Shown here piece by piece: positions 27,163-37,366 of a DNA stretch of 64,000 bases. Position 1 is the first letter of the stretch, and each line of letters opens with the position of its first letter. The notes beneath the pieces were generated by a model. It made no database searches, was not told where the DNA came from, and was given only the letters and a program-made list of their open reading frames with translations. The translations under genes were made by a program, and so were the position numbers. The DNA lies in NCBI GenBank assembly GCA_031254575.1, contig JAIRUE010000112.1:3811-67810 (forward strand). The letters run 5' to 3'. This DNA is from Oscillospiraceae bacterium. GTDB lineage: Bacteria; Bacillota; Clostridia; Oscillospirales; UBA929.

Positions 27163-27350
27163 GGAAAATTCCTCCTTGCTGCTGCTCCCGAGCAGCTCCA
27201 TCGCCCGAGCAGGTCAGATAAAACGCGGAAGCGTTTGCCAAACCGAAGAAAGCCGTGAAACGGCGGACTGTTTGGCATAAGCATGAGCGGTTTATCTGAC
27301 CGCCCGCGAGGGCGCGGATGGAGCGTGACACGATTGGATACAGCGCACAT
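27163..27350 (-). promoter_or_regulatory. Copy A of the conserved modular leader/repeat element (long central hairpin)
   Basis: It has the same flanks as copy B. The centre is replaced by CGCCCUCGCGGGCG plus a ~90-nt hairpin (GGUCAGAUAAA...UUUAUCUGACC). A GCUGCUCGGGAGCAGC hairpin lies directly before the SD. Confidence 0.5.
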
Positions 27351-27380
27351 ATTTTATTTATGTATAGAACCTCGCGGTCC

Positions 27381-28148
27381 TTATACAACATTTTTCGCGT
27401 AAATCAAACGCAGACCTTCCAGCAATAGATACGGCTCGTGGCGCACCTCGCGGCGCATGTGCGGAACAATGCGCTCGCTGAGGCCGCCGGTGGCGAACAC
27501 GGTGAACGGCAATCCCGTTTCCTCCTCGGCGCGCGCGGTCATGCCGTCGAGCATGGACGCCCAGCCGAAGACCGCGCCGGAGCGCATACTGTCGACGGTA
27601 TTGCTGCCGACGACATGGGACGGCGTGTCGAAGCTGATTTTGGGCAACTGCGCGGCCTTTGCGCTGAGCGCCTCAAGCGAGGTGACGAGGCCGGGCATAA
27701 TGGCCCCGCCGAGAAAACGCCCCCTGGCGTCGATGACGCTCATCGTCGTGGCGGTGCCCATGTCAAAGATAATAACGGGTCCTCTGACCGCCGCCAGCGC
27801 CGCGACGGCGTTGCAGACCATATCGCTGCCCAGCTGCGCGGGGTTGTCGATGAGGATGTCCAGACCCGTTTTCACGCCGGGGCCGACCATAAGCGGTTCG
27901 CCGCCGGTCATCAGGGCGATGCCGCCGCACAGCGCGCCGGTCGCGGGCCAGGCCACGGAACTGACGATCGAGCCGGTGATCTGCTCCGGTTTCAAGCCGT
28001 GCAGGGACAGTATGTCACGCAGCAGCACCGCCCATTCGTCGGCGGTACGCCAGTGCGCGGTGTGCGCACGCGCCGTGCAGACGAGCCGCGCGCCGTCGAA
28101 AACGCCCGCCAAAATATTGGTATTGCCCATATCCAGCGCCAGCAGCAT
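27381..28148 (-). CDS. coaX: Type III pantothenate kinase
   Basis: The N-terminus is MLLALDMGNTNILAGVF. Further matches are IIFDMGTATT and SGAVFGWASMLDG. Confidence 0.9.
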   Translation of the reverse strand: MLLALDMGNTNILAGVFDGARLVCTARAHTAHWRTADEWAVLLRDILSLHGLKPEQITGSIVSSVAWPATGALCGGIALMTGGEPLMVGPGVKTGLDILIDNPAQLGSDMVCNAVAALAAVRGPVIIFDMGTATTMSVIDARGRFLGGAIMPGLVTSLEALSAKAAQLPKISFDTPSHVVGSNTVDSMRSGAVFGWASMLDGMTARAEEETGLPFTVFATGGLSERIVPHMRREVRHEPYLLLEGLRLIYAKNVV

Positions 28149-28245
28149 GGTTCGCGCCTCCCGTCACATGATATAGATCATAGCCGGTATGAGGGCTTTT
28201 GTCAATAGAGCGCTTGCGCGGCCAGGCAACGCCATGAAGAAATCA

Positions 28246-28275
28246 TTGCAAATTTGATACCCCCTGTGCTATAAT
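28246..28275 (+). promoter_or_regulatory. Sigma-A-type promoter (extended -10) of the HD-thrS pair
   Basis: TTGCAA, an 18-nt spacer, then TGcTATAAT. Confidence 0.6.
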
Positions 28276-28309
28276 ACTCCTATTCTTATGCAAAGGACTG
28301 GAACGGCCT

Positions 28310-28975
28310 TTGGAAAACATCACCTACGCCGACGTCAAACACTGTGAGGAGATCAACACCTATATCCGCCAGGCCGACGCGTCGCTCAAGGCGATGGGTT
28401 TTACCGAGCACGCGTTTTCCCATGTGGAGCGCTGCGCCGACTTCGCCAGCCGCTGGCTGCTGGAACTCGGCGGGAGCGGGCGGGACGCGGAACTCGCGCG
28501 GATCGCCGCCTATATGCACGACATCGGCAACGTGATAAACCGCCACAACCACGCCCAGATCGGCGCGGTGCTGGCGTTCGGCCTGCTCGGCAAGCTGGGG
28601 ATGCCGCCGGAGGAGGTGGCCGCCGTCGTCGCCGCCATCGGAAACCACGACGAGGCCACGGCGTATCCCGTCAACGCCGTCGCGGCCGCGCTGATCCTGG
28701 CCGACAAGACCGACGTGCGGCGCACGCGGGTGCGCAACGACGATATAAGCGCGTTTGACATCCACGACCGCGTAAACTACGCCGTCACCCGCGCCGATAC
28801 GGAGCTGGACGCGGAAGCCCGTATCCTGACTCTTGACCTCGATGTGGACACGGAGATCTGTTCGGTGACGGACTATTTTGAGATATTTATGGGACGTATG
28901 CTGCTCTGCCGCCGCGCCGCAGGGTTCTTCGGCCTGCACTTCAAACTGATTATCAACGGTTCCGTTTTAATGTAG
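28310..28975 (+). CDS. HD domain-containing phosphohydrolase
   Basis: HVERCADFA...AAYMHDIGNVINRHNHAQIG...GNHDE...LILADKTD. The start is TTG with a weak RBS, so the start is uncertain. Confidence 0.7.
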   Translation: MENITYADVKHCEEINTYIRQADASLKAMGFTEHAFSHVERCADFASRWLLELGGSGRDAELARIAAYMHDIGNVINRHNHAQIGAVLAFGLLGKLGMPPEEVAAVVAAIGNHDEATAYPVNAVAAALILADKTDVRRTRVRNDDISAFDIHDRVNYAVTRADTELDAEARILTLDLDVDTEICSVTDYFEIFMGRMLLCRRAAGFFGLHFKLIINGSVLM

Positions 28976-28986
28976 GAGGGTTCATC

Positions 28987-30723
28987 ATGGATATAGGCAC
29001 AGGCCGCCACTCGCTGGCGCATATCATGGCGCAGGCCGTCACGGAGCTGTTTCCCGGCGTGAAGCTGGGCATCGGGCCCTGCATAAGCGACGGGTTTTAC
29101 TATGACTTTGACCTGCCCCGGCCGATCACCAACGAACACTTTCCGCAGATCGAGGAACGGATGGCGGAGATCATCAAAACCCAGGCCCCGCTGACACGGG
29201 AGGAGTATCCGTCCAAAGACGCCGCGCTGGCGGCGTTCGCCGGGCAGTCCTATAAAGAGGAGCTGATCCGCGACCTGCCGGCGGACGAGCCCGTCACCTC
29301 CTACCGCACCGGTAATGGGTTTTGCGACCTCTGCCGCGGCCCGCATGTGGAAAACACCCGCGAACTGCTTTCGTGGGCGTATAAGATCCACGCCGTGGCG
29401 GGCGCGTACTGGCGGGGGAGCGAGAAGAACCCGATGCTGACCCGGCTTTACGCCTACGCCTTTCCCAAAAAAGACGAACTCAAAGCCCATATCGCGGGGA
29501 TCGAGGAGGCGCAGAAGCGCGACCACCGCAAATTGGGGCCGCAGCTGAATCTGTTTGAGCTTTTCGAGGAGGGACCGGGCTTTCCGTTCTTCCTGCCCAA
29601 AGGGATGCTGCTGCGCAATGTTTTGGAGAAGTTTTGGGAGAGGAAGCATCTGGAGGCGGGATACGACGAGGTGAAAACCCCCGTTATCCTCAGCGAGGAT
29701 CTGTGGCGCCGTTCCGGCCACTGGGACCATTATCAAAAGAATATGTACTTCACCGAGATAGACGAGGGCGCGTACGCCGTCAAGCCGATGAACTGCCCCG
29801 GCGCGATGCTGATATACAGGCACGGCCTGCACAGCTACCGCGAGCTGCCCATCCGGATGGCCGAGCGTGGCCTCGTTCACCGCCATGAACTGTCCGGCGC
29901 GCTGCACGGGCTGCTGCGGGTGCGCTGCTTCACACAGGACGACGCGCACATCTTTATGACACCGGAGCAGATCGAGGGCGAGATCATATCCGTTATCCGC
30001 CTGATCGACGACTTTTACGGCACGTTCGGCTTCGCGTACAACATCGAGCTGTCCACCCGCCCCGAGGATTTTATGGGCGAGATCGCCGACTGGGACCACG
30101 CTGAGGCGTCACTGAAGCAGGCGCTGGAGAAAGCCGGGAAGGAATACGCCGTCAACGAGGGCGACGGCGCGTTTTACGGCCCGAAGATCGATTTCCATCT
30201 GCGGGACTGTCTGGGCCGTACGTGGCAGTGCGGCACGATACAGCTCGATTTTCAGATGCCGGAGCGGTTTGACCTGCATTATGTCGGGCCGGACGGCGCG
30301 CGCCACCGCCCGGTGATGATCCACCACGTCGTGCTGGGTTCGTTCGAGCGGTTCATCGGCATTTTGATCGAACATTTCGCCGGCGCGTTTCCCCTCTGGC
30401 TCGCGCCGGTGCAGGTGGGCGTCGTCCCGGTGCGGGAGCACCACAACGGACGCGCGGGCGAGGTTTTGTCGGCTCTGCGAAAAGCCGGCCTGCGCTGTGA
30501 GGCACTGCTGGGGGACGAGGGCATGGGCGGAAAGGTCAACAAATTCCGCCAGGACAAGGTCCCCTATACGCTGGTCATCGGCGACCGCGAGGCGGAGGCG
30601 GGCACGGTGTCGGTCAGGATACGCGGCGGCAAACAGGCGCAGGACGTGCCGCTGGAAGCGTTTGTCAGGGCTTGCGCGGCGATGGACGGGGGACTTGCGC
30701 CGGAACTGGCGGAGACGTTTTAA
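28987..30723 (+). CDS. thrS: Threonine--tRNA ligase, short form without N-terminal TGS domain
   Basis: It starts at the editing-domain motif RHSLAHIMAQAV...DGFYYDF. Further matches are RDHRKLG, the class II core (FRVRCFTQDDAHIF, GAFYGPKIDF) and an anticodon-binding C-terminus. AGGAGGG is the RBS. Confidence 0.9.
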   Translation: MDIGTGRHSLAHIMAQAVTELFPGVKLGIGPCISDGFYYDFDLPRPITNEHFPQIEERMAEIIKTQAPLTREEYPSKDAALAAFAGQSYKEELIRDLPADEPVTSYRTGNGFCDLCRGPHVENTRELLSWAYKIHAVAGAYWRGSEKNPMLTRLYAYAFPKKDELKAHIAGIEEAQKRDHRKLGPQLNLFELFEEGPGFPFFLPKGMLLRNVLEKFWERKHLEAGYDEVKTPVILSEDLWRRSGHWDHYQKNMYFTEIDEGAYAVKPMNCPGAMLIYRHGLHSYRELPIRMAERGLVHRHELSGALHGLLRVRCFTQDDAHIFMTPEQIEGEIISVIRLIDDFYGTFGFAYNIELSTRPEDFMGEIADWDHAEASLKQALEKAGKEYAVNEGDGAFYGPKIDFHLRDCLGRTWQCGTIQLDFQMPERFDLHYVGPDGARHRPVMIHHVVLGSFERFIGILIEHFAGAFPLWLAPVQVGVVPVREHHNGRAGEVLSALRKAGLRCEALLGDEGMGGKVNKFRQDKVPYTLVIGDREAEAGTVSVRIRGGKQAQDVPLEAFVRACAAMDGGLAPELAETF

Positions 30724-30755
30724 GGCGGAACGGGCAGGGACAGCCCGCCCCCCGG

Positions 30756-31574
30756 CTACCGGTTCTTCTCACTTTGCGCGAAGAAGAAGGTGCCGAGGAT
30801 CAGGCACCCCACCGTCAGCGCGGCAATGGCGGCGAAGTTCACAACAGGGTTGAACATCACCACGCTGTCATACTCCGGCGTTCCGGCGTAGACAACCGCG
30901 CGGACAAGGTCAAGACAATAGGTCATCGGCATCAGGCGGCTGAGTATCATCAACACGCCGCTTGAGTTTCCGATAGGAATGATCGCGCCGGACAGGAACA
31001 TCTGCGGCATGGAGATCAGCATGACCGCCATGCTCGCGGTCTTTTTGCTTTTGATCAGCCCGATGACGATCATCGCCAGCGCCCCGCCGGACAAACACAT
31101 CAGAGGGGACAGCGCCAGAATAAGCAGCAGCTTGCCGAACGGCAGGGTGTTCCCCATGATCAGCCCGACGATCAGCGTCCCGGCCATGCTGACGATCGCG
31201 CCGAAGGAACCGCCCAGGATTTTGCCGACCACCAGCGAGTAGCGGGACACAGGCGACACCAGCATCTCCTGGTTAAAGTCGATTTCGTGATCGTCCACAA
31301 GGCTCGCCATGCCCGTTGACGTGATCATAAACAGCATATTGACCAGCATACCGACCAGCATAAACTGCCCGAACTCGAAACCGAGGCCGCCCGCCATGTT
31401 CTGCATCAGGTTGCCGCCGATCATACCCATCATCACAAGCGGCATGGCAAGGCTCATGATCGCCGTGCCGGGCGATTTCAAAAACACCGTGATTTCCCGC
31501 GCCATAACGGTTAATACCGTGTTCAGTTCCCGGAACAGCCGGGATTTTTTCCGTGTCAGAGCCAGCGCGCTCAT
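30756..31574 (-). CDS. ABC-2 type transporter permease
   Basis: 272 aa and 6-TM. It has an ATGA overlap with the upstream ATPase gene. Confidence 0.8.
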   Translation of the reverse strand: MSALALTRKKSRLFRELNTVLTVMAREITVFLKSPGTAIMSLAMPLVMMGMIGGNLMQNMAGGLGFEFGQFMLVGMLVNMLFMITSTGMASLVDDHEIDFNQEMLVSPVSRYSLVVGKILGGSFGAIVSMAGTLIVGLIMGNTLPFGKLLLILALSPLMCLSGGALAMIVIGLIKSKKTASMAVMLISMPQMFLSGAIIPIGNSSGVLMILSRLMPMTYCLDLVRAVVYAGTPEYDSVVMFNPVVNFAAIAALTVGCLILGTFFFAQSEKNR

Positions 31575-32368
31575 GCCGCTTCCCTCCCTGTCCTGTTCAA
31601 AAACTCCACATACGCGTCTTCCAGCGAGGGCAGGCAGACTTTGGGCGTGGGATCGTACTGAACCGTCCGCTTCATTTCGTCCGGCGAACAGCAGGCGGCG
31701 ATTTTACCGCGGTTGATGATGCACACCGTATCGACCTTTTCCGCCTCGTCGATGTAGTGCGTCGTCAGGAACACCGTCGTGCCGTATTGGTTGCGGACGT
31801 CGTTGATGTACTCCCACAGCCCCCGGCGGCTCACCGCGTCCAGTCCTTGCGTCGGCTCGTCGAGGAACAGCACGTCCGGCGTGTGGATAAGGCTGCGGAT
31901 GATCTCCAGCTTGCGCTGCATCCCGCCGGACAGCTTTTTGATAGGCTTGAACAGCGCGTCCTGTATACCCACGATTTCGGCCAGATCCAACACCCGCTTA
32001 CGGTAGGCCGCGGGCATCAGCTTAAAGGTCGGGCGGTAGCCGCACATTCCATACAGACAGGCGTGGAAGCGGATGTTCTGCTCCGCTGTCAGCTGCGGGT
32101 CAAGACTGGGCTGCTGAAAGATGATCCCCACTTTTTCGCGCACCCGGCGCGCCTCTTTGTCCACGTCGTACCCGGCGATTTTCACCTCTCCGGAGGTCTT
32201 GGCCAGGGTAGTGGTCAGGATGGAAATAGTGGTGGTCTTGCCCGCGCCGTTGGGGCCGAGGAAGGCGAAGAACTCGCCTTTCTCCACCCCGAAGCTGACG
32301 CCGTCCACCGACGGGGTTTTCGCGCCCCGGTACTGTTTCACCAGATCGCGCACTTCGATCATCCCCAT
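31571..32368 (-). CDS. ABC transporter ATP-binding protein (DrrA/ABC-2 type)
   Basis: GPNGAGKTTT, LSGGMQRKLEI and LFLDEPTQGLD are present. I chose ATG 32368, after GGAAGGAG; the track starts 13 codons earlier at a GTG. Confidence 0.85.
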   Translation of the reverse strand: MGMIEVRDLVKQYRGAKTPSVDGVSFGVEKGEFFAFLGPNGAGKTTTISILTTTLAKTSGEVKIAGYDVDKEARRVREKVGIIFQQPSLDPQLTAEQNIRFHACLYGMCGYRPTFKLMPAAYRKRVLDLAEIVGIQDALFKPIKKLSGGMQRKLEIIRSLIHTPDVLFLDEPTQGLDAVSRRGLWEYINDVRNQYGTTVFLTTHYIDEAEKVDTVCIINRGKIAACCSPDEMKRTVQYDPTPKVCLPSLEDAYVEFLNRTGREAA

Positions 32369-32460
32369 GACGGTTTCTTCTCCTTCCTGCCAAACAGTGA
32401 TTTGCACAGTTTTTCGATCCCGTAGATTAACAAAACAATAAATGACATTGAAAATACCTC

Positions 32461-33054
32461 CTATTCGTCTTCATTTTCGTCGCGGAGGCCAAACCCTCCA
32501 TATCCCGCAAAGCCGCCGTGACGCCCGCGATCCTCCGTAAATCCGTGCGGACGGCCGTGAAACTGTCCCCCGATAAACGGCGCCAGACGCTCGCGTTCCG
32601 TCCGCATACGGGCAAACCACTCCTCGTCCCCGCCGGAACCCGCCGTCAGCGCGCCGATGATACGGTCAAGGAATTCGCCGAACGCCCGCCGTTCATCCCC
32701 CGATAAGCACGCGAAGATGTCCCCGGCCTCAGGCGTATCCGGCGATTCCTCCGAACGGCCTTTTTCAGTCAGCCTGACCAGCATGACCCGTTTGTCCCGC
32801 TCGGACGGTTCGCGGGTGATGTAACTGCTTTTTTCCAGTTTCGCCAGCAGTTCGTTGAGGGACGAGACCCGCACCCCCAGCAGATAGGACAGGTCTTTTG
32901 TGCTGATGCCGTCTTTCATCTTCAAAATGGCAAGGATACGCCCCTGCCCCCGGGTGGTGTCGGCCATCGGGCCGCCCCGCGCCCAGCCGCGGATGTGCTG
33001 CCTGTGCAGCAGCCATTGAAGCCGCGCCAGCTTTTCATACAGTTCTTCGTTCAT
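32461..33054 (-). CDS. MarR family transcriptional regulator
   Basis: ATG 33054 gives MNEELYEKLARLQWLLHR.... The winged-HTH reads ILAILKMKDGISTKDLSYLLGVRVSSLNELLAKLEKSSYITREPSERDKRVMLVRLTEKG. Confidence 0.8.
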   Translation of the reverse strand: MNEELYEKLARLQWLLHRQHIRGWARGGPMADTTRGQGRILAILKMKDGISTKDLSYLLGVRVSSLNELLAKLEKSSYITREPSERDKRVMLVRLTEKGRSEESPDTPEAGDIFACLSGDERRAFGEFLDRIIGALTAGSGGDEEWFARMRTERERLAPFIGGQFHGRPHGFTEDRGRHGGFAGYGGFGLRDENEDE

Positions 33055-33073
33055 ACAACGACCTCCCAACAAT

Positions 33074-33123
33074 TTAACGGTACCGTCTGAATATAGTATA
33101 AACGGTACCGTTAAGATTGTCAA
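33074..33123 (-). promoter_or_regulatory. marR-ABC operon promoter with two copies of the palindrome AACGGTACCGTT (probable MarR operators)
   Basis: On the minus strand: TTGACA, a 17-nt spacer, then TATACT. One 12-bp perfect palindrome fills the spacer (33101-33112). A second (33076-33086, 11/12) lies just downstream of the -10. Confidence 0.6.
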
Positions 33124-33202
33124 GTATTTTTTTGCGGGTACAGGTAAAAAATTTTTACAAGGCATTATATATGAGCCGTCCCCGTTGCGGCCGTAGCTTT
33201 GC

Positions 33203-33238
33203 GCAAAAAATCCCCCCGCCGTGAAGCGGAGGGATTTT
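33203..33238 (-). terminator. Rho-independent terminator after tuf (bidirectional shape)
   Basis: The hairpin TCCCTCCGC-TTCAC-GGCGGGGGGA is flanked by an A6 run on one side and a T5 run on the other. Confidence 0.75.
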
Positions 33239-33254
33239 TCGTATATCGGATCGT

Positions 33255-34454
<1,200 letters not shown>

Positions 34455-34498
34455 AGCGGTATATCCTCCCTTTGTTACCATTGTCATTCGTATGGCCT

Positions 34499-34527
34499 AT
34501 TGTATACGACCGGCATTGAAATTGCAA
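34499..34527 (-). promoter_or_regulatory. Internal sigma-A-type promoter in front of tuf
   Basis: On the minus strand: TTGCAA, a 17-nt spacer, then TACAAT. Confidence 0.5.
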
Positions 34528-34599
34528 GAGTTTTTTGTAAAATGTTTGGCGGGGATCCGCAAGACGCCCCCGCCCGCCCGCGGGCGGCGGAACGCCCTG

Positions 34600-36663
34600 T
34601 TATCCGCTCATTTTCTCCTGAAGCGCTTTCGGTACCTCGACATAGCTGTGCGGTTCCATCGAATAGACGCCGCGCCCCTGGGTAAAGGTGCGCAGGTCGG
34701 TGGCGTAGCCGAACATCTCGGAGAGCGGCACGTGAGCCGAAACCTGCTGCGCGCCGGGGATGGCCTCGGTGCCCTGGATCATGCCGCGCCGCCGATTCAG
34801 ATCGCCCATCACGTCGCCGAGGTATTCCTCCGGCACGGTGACCGAAACCAGCATAATCGGCTCCAGTATCACGGGCCCGGCCTTGCGGCAGCCTTCCTTG
34901 AACGCCATGGACGCGGCGATCTTGAAGGCCATCTCCGACGAGTCGACCTCGTGGAACGAGCCGTCATAGAGCGTCACCTTTACGTCCACGACGGGATAGC
35001 CCGCCAGTATGCCGGAGTTCATGGCCCCCTGAATGCCCTGATCGACGGCGGGAATATACTCCTTGGGGACCGTGCCGCCGACAATTTTGTTGATAAATTC
35101 ATACCCCTTGCCCGGTTCGTTGGGTTCAAGCATGAGCTTGACGTGGCCGTACTGGCCGCGCCCGCCCGTTTGCCGGGCGTATTTGTGGTCGACGTCCGCG
35201 GGCTTGCGGATGGTCTCCTTAAAGGCGACCGAGGGTTTGCCGACGTTTGCCTCGACCTTGAACTCGCGCAGCAGGCGGTCTACGATGATCTCCAGGTGCA
35301 GCTCGCCCATGCCGGCGATGATGGTCTGGCCGGTCTCCTGATCGGTGTAGGCGCGGAACGTGGGGTCTTCCTCGGAGAGCTTTTGCAGGGCGATGCTCAT
35401 TTTTTCCTGGCCCGCTTTGGTGCGCGGCTCGATGGCGACGCGGATGACCGGTTCGGGAAACTCCATCGACTCCAGCACCACGGGCGCCTTCGCGTCGCAC
35501 AGGGTGTCGCCGGTGGTGGTGTTTTTGAGACCCACGGCGGCGGCAATATCCCCCGCGTAAACCGTGTCGATGTCCTCGCGGTGGTTGGCGTGCATCAGCA
35601 GGATGCGCCCGAACCTCTCGCTGCGGCCGCAGTTGGCGTTGAGGACGGAGGAACCGGTCGCGGCCGTGCCGGAATAGACGCGGAAAAAGGTCAGCTTGCC
35701 CACATAGGGGTCGGTCATGATCTTAAAGGCCAGCGCGGAGAACGGCGCGCCGTCGTCGGACGGGCGGGCCGCCTCGTCCCCGCCGTCGGGGTCGGTCCCC
35801 ATGACGGGCGGGATGTCGAGCGGGGACGGCATATAATCCACGATGGCGTCGAGCAGGTTCTGCACGCCCTTATTGCGGTACGACGTGCCGCACAGTACCG
35901 GCACCAGCTTGTTGGCGATGACGGCCCTCCGGATGACGGGGCGCACCATAGCGGGCGTGGCGTCCTCGCCGCCCAGCACGGTTTCGGCCAGCCCGTCGTC
36001 AAAGAGGGTGAGCGCGTCAAGCATCACCTCGCGGCACCGTTCCGCCTCGTCCAGCAGTTCCGCCGGAATGTCCTCCTCGCGGATGTCCTTGCCCAGTTCG
36101 TCATAGGCGATATAGGCGCGCATGTCAACCAGGTCAATGACGCCCTTAAAGAGACCCTCCGCCCCGATAGGAAGCTGGACGGGGACGGCGTTGCATTTGA
36201 GCCGGTCGCGCATCATCCCGACGACATGGTGAAAGTCCGCGCCGGTGATGTCCATCTTGTTGACGTAGGCGATACGCGGAACGCCGTAGCGGTCGGCCTG
36301 CCGCCAGACCGTCTCCGACTGCGGCTCGACGCCCCCTTTGGCGCAGAAAACCGCGACCGCGCCGTCCAAAACCCGCAGGCTCCGCTCGACTTCCATCGTG
36401 AAGTCCACATGGCCCGGGGTGTCGATGATATTGATGCGGCAGTCCTTCCACATTGTCGTGGTGGCGGCCGACGTGATGGTGATGCCGCGCTCCTGCTCCT
36501 GTTCCATCCAGTCCATCGTGGCGTTGCCCTCGTGGACCTCGCCCAGCTTATGGTTGCGGCCGGTATAGAACAGGATGCGCTCGGTCGTCGTCGTCTTGCC
36601 GGCGTCGATGTGCGCCATGATGCCGATATTACGGGTCATTTCAAGGGATACTTGCCGTGGCAT
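34600..36663 (-). CDS. fusA: Elongation factor G
   Basis: [25 protein letters not shown] is present, along with [12 protein letters not shown]; 687 aa. Confidence 0.97.
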   Translation of the reverse strand: MPRQVSLEMTRNIGIMAHIDAGKTTTTERILFYTGRNHKLGEVHEGNATMDWMEQEQERGITITSAATTTMWKDCRINIIDTPGHVDFTMEVERSLRVLDGAVAVFCAKGGVEPQSETVWRQADRYGVPRIAYVNKMDITGADFHHVVGMMRDRLKCNAVPVQLPIGAEGLFKGVIDLVDMRAYIAYDELGKDIREEDIPAELLDEAERCREVMLDALTLFDDGLAETVLGGEDATPAMVRPVIRRAVIANKLVPVLCGTSYRNKGVQNLLDAIVDYMPSPLDIPPVMGTDPDGGDEAARPSDDGAPFSALAFKIMTDPYVGKLTFFRVYSGTAATGSSVLNANCGRSERFGRILLMHANHREDIDTVYAGDIAAAVGLKNTTTGDTLCDAKAPVVLESMEFPEPVIRVAIEPRTKAGQEKMSIALQKLSEEDPTFRAYTDQETGQTIIAGMGELHLEIIVDRLLREFKVEANVGKPSVAFKETIRKPADVDHKYARQTGGRGQYGHVKLMLEPNEPGKGYEFINKIVGGTVPKEYIPAVDQGIQGAMNSGILAGYPVVDVKVTLYDGSFHEVDSSEMAFKIAASMAFKEGCRKAGPVILEPIMLVSVTVPEEYLGDVMGDLNRRRGMIQGTEAIPGAQQVSAHVPLSEMFGYATDLRTFTQGRGVYSMEPHSYVEVPKALQEKMSG

Positions 36664-36686
36664 GAGTATGTCTCCTTACTGTGTAG

Positions 36687-36729
36687 GGGACGCCCCCGCG
36701 CCAAGCGTACGCTTGGTTATGGGCGTCCC
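36687..36729 (-). repeat. Nested palindromic hairpin in the rpsG-fusA spacer (member of an intergenic repeat family)
   Basis: The outer 9-bp stem GGGACGCCC/GGGCGTCCC encloses CGCGCCAAGCGTACGCTTGG. The same core occurs at 26463-26482, with a variant at 60369-60391. Confidence 0.7.
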
Positions 36730-36757
36730 GGCGATTTGATTTTTACGTGTCGCCGCT

Positions 36758-37228
36758 CTACCAGCGGTAGTGAGCAAACGCTTTATTTGCGTCGGCCATT
36801 TTGTGCATATCCTCGCGCTTTTTGACCGAGGAGCCGGTGTTGTTGCCGGCGTCGAGTATCTCGCCGGCCAGCCGCTCCGCCATCGTCTTCTCGCCGCGGT
36901 TGCGGGCAAAGCCCACCAGCCAGCGCAGGGCCAGCGTCTGGCGGCGCTCCTCGCGCACCTCGATCGGCACCTGATAGGTCGAGCCGCCGACACGGCGGGC
37001 CTTGACCTCCAGCGACGGCATCGTGTTGGCCAGGGCGGCCATAAACACGTCGAGCGGTTCCTTGCCGCTTTTATCGCGGATGATGTCAAACGCGCCGTAG
37101 ACGACCTTCTGGGCGACGCCTTTCTTGCCGTCGATCATCACGCCGTTGATGAGTTTGGTGACGACGCGCGAATTGAACAGCGGGTCGGGCAAGACTTCCC
37201 TTCTGGGGACAAATCCTCTTCTTGGCAC
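36758..37228 (-). CDS. rpsG: 30S ribosomal protein S7
   Basis: [28 protein letters not shown].... GTG start after GAAGGAGGGA. Confidence 0.95.
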   Translation of the reverse strand: MPRRGFVPRREVLPDPLFNSRVVTKLINGVMIDGKKGVAQKVVYGAFDIIRDKSGKEPLDVFMAALANTMPSLEVKARRVGGSTYQVPIEVREERRQTLALRWLVGFARNRGEKTMAERLAGEILDAGNNTGSSVKKREDMHKMADANKAFAHYRW

Positions 37229-37270
37229 TTTCTTCCCTCCTTCACATGCGTGAGTTCACAGGTACTGTGC

Positions 37271-37366
37271 AATTGAGAATTGACAATTGGGAATTGACAA
37301 TAGACAATTGCGTTTGAGAGGCCCTTTCCGGATAATTGTCAACTGTGCATTGTCAATTGTCAATTA
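37271..37366. repeat. Inverted arrays of 7-bp tandem repeats (AATTGAC x6 / TCAATTG x5) in the rpsL-rpsG spacer
   Basis: 37271-37312 reads AATTGAG AATTGAC AATTGGG AATTGAC AATAGAC AATTGCG. 37332-37366 reads ATAATTG TCAACTG TGCATTG TCAATTG TCAATTA. A GC-rich 19-nt centre separates them. Confidence 0.85.

Noticed and set aside
27163-27350. FMN, THF, TPP or other vitamin riboswitch in front of the ECF S-component
   Set aside because: The conserved cores I remember for these classes are not present, so the element is reported as unclassified instead.
28149-28986. T-box riboswitch upstream of thrS
   Set aside because: I could not find the conserved T-box sequence or a specifier/terminator arrangement. 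The space is occupied by an HD-domain gene.
31882-31890. Exact DnaA-box 9-mer TGTGGATAA
   Set aside because: It lies inside the ABC ATPase coding sequence with no neighbouring boxes. It is best explained by chance and lowers confidence in the 42977 pair.
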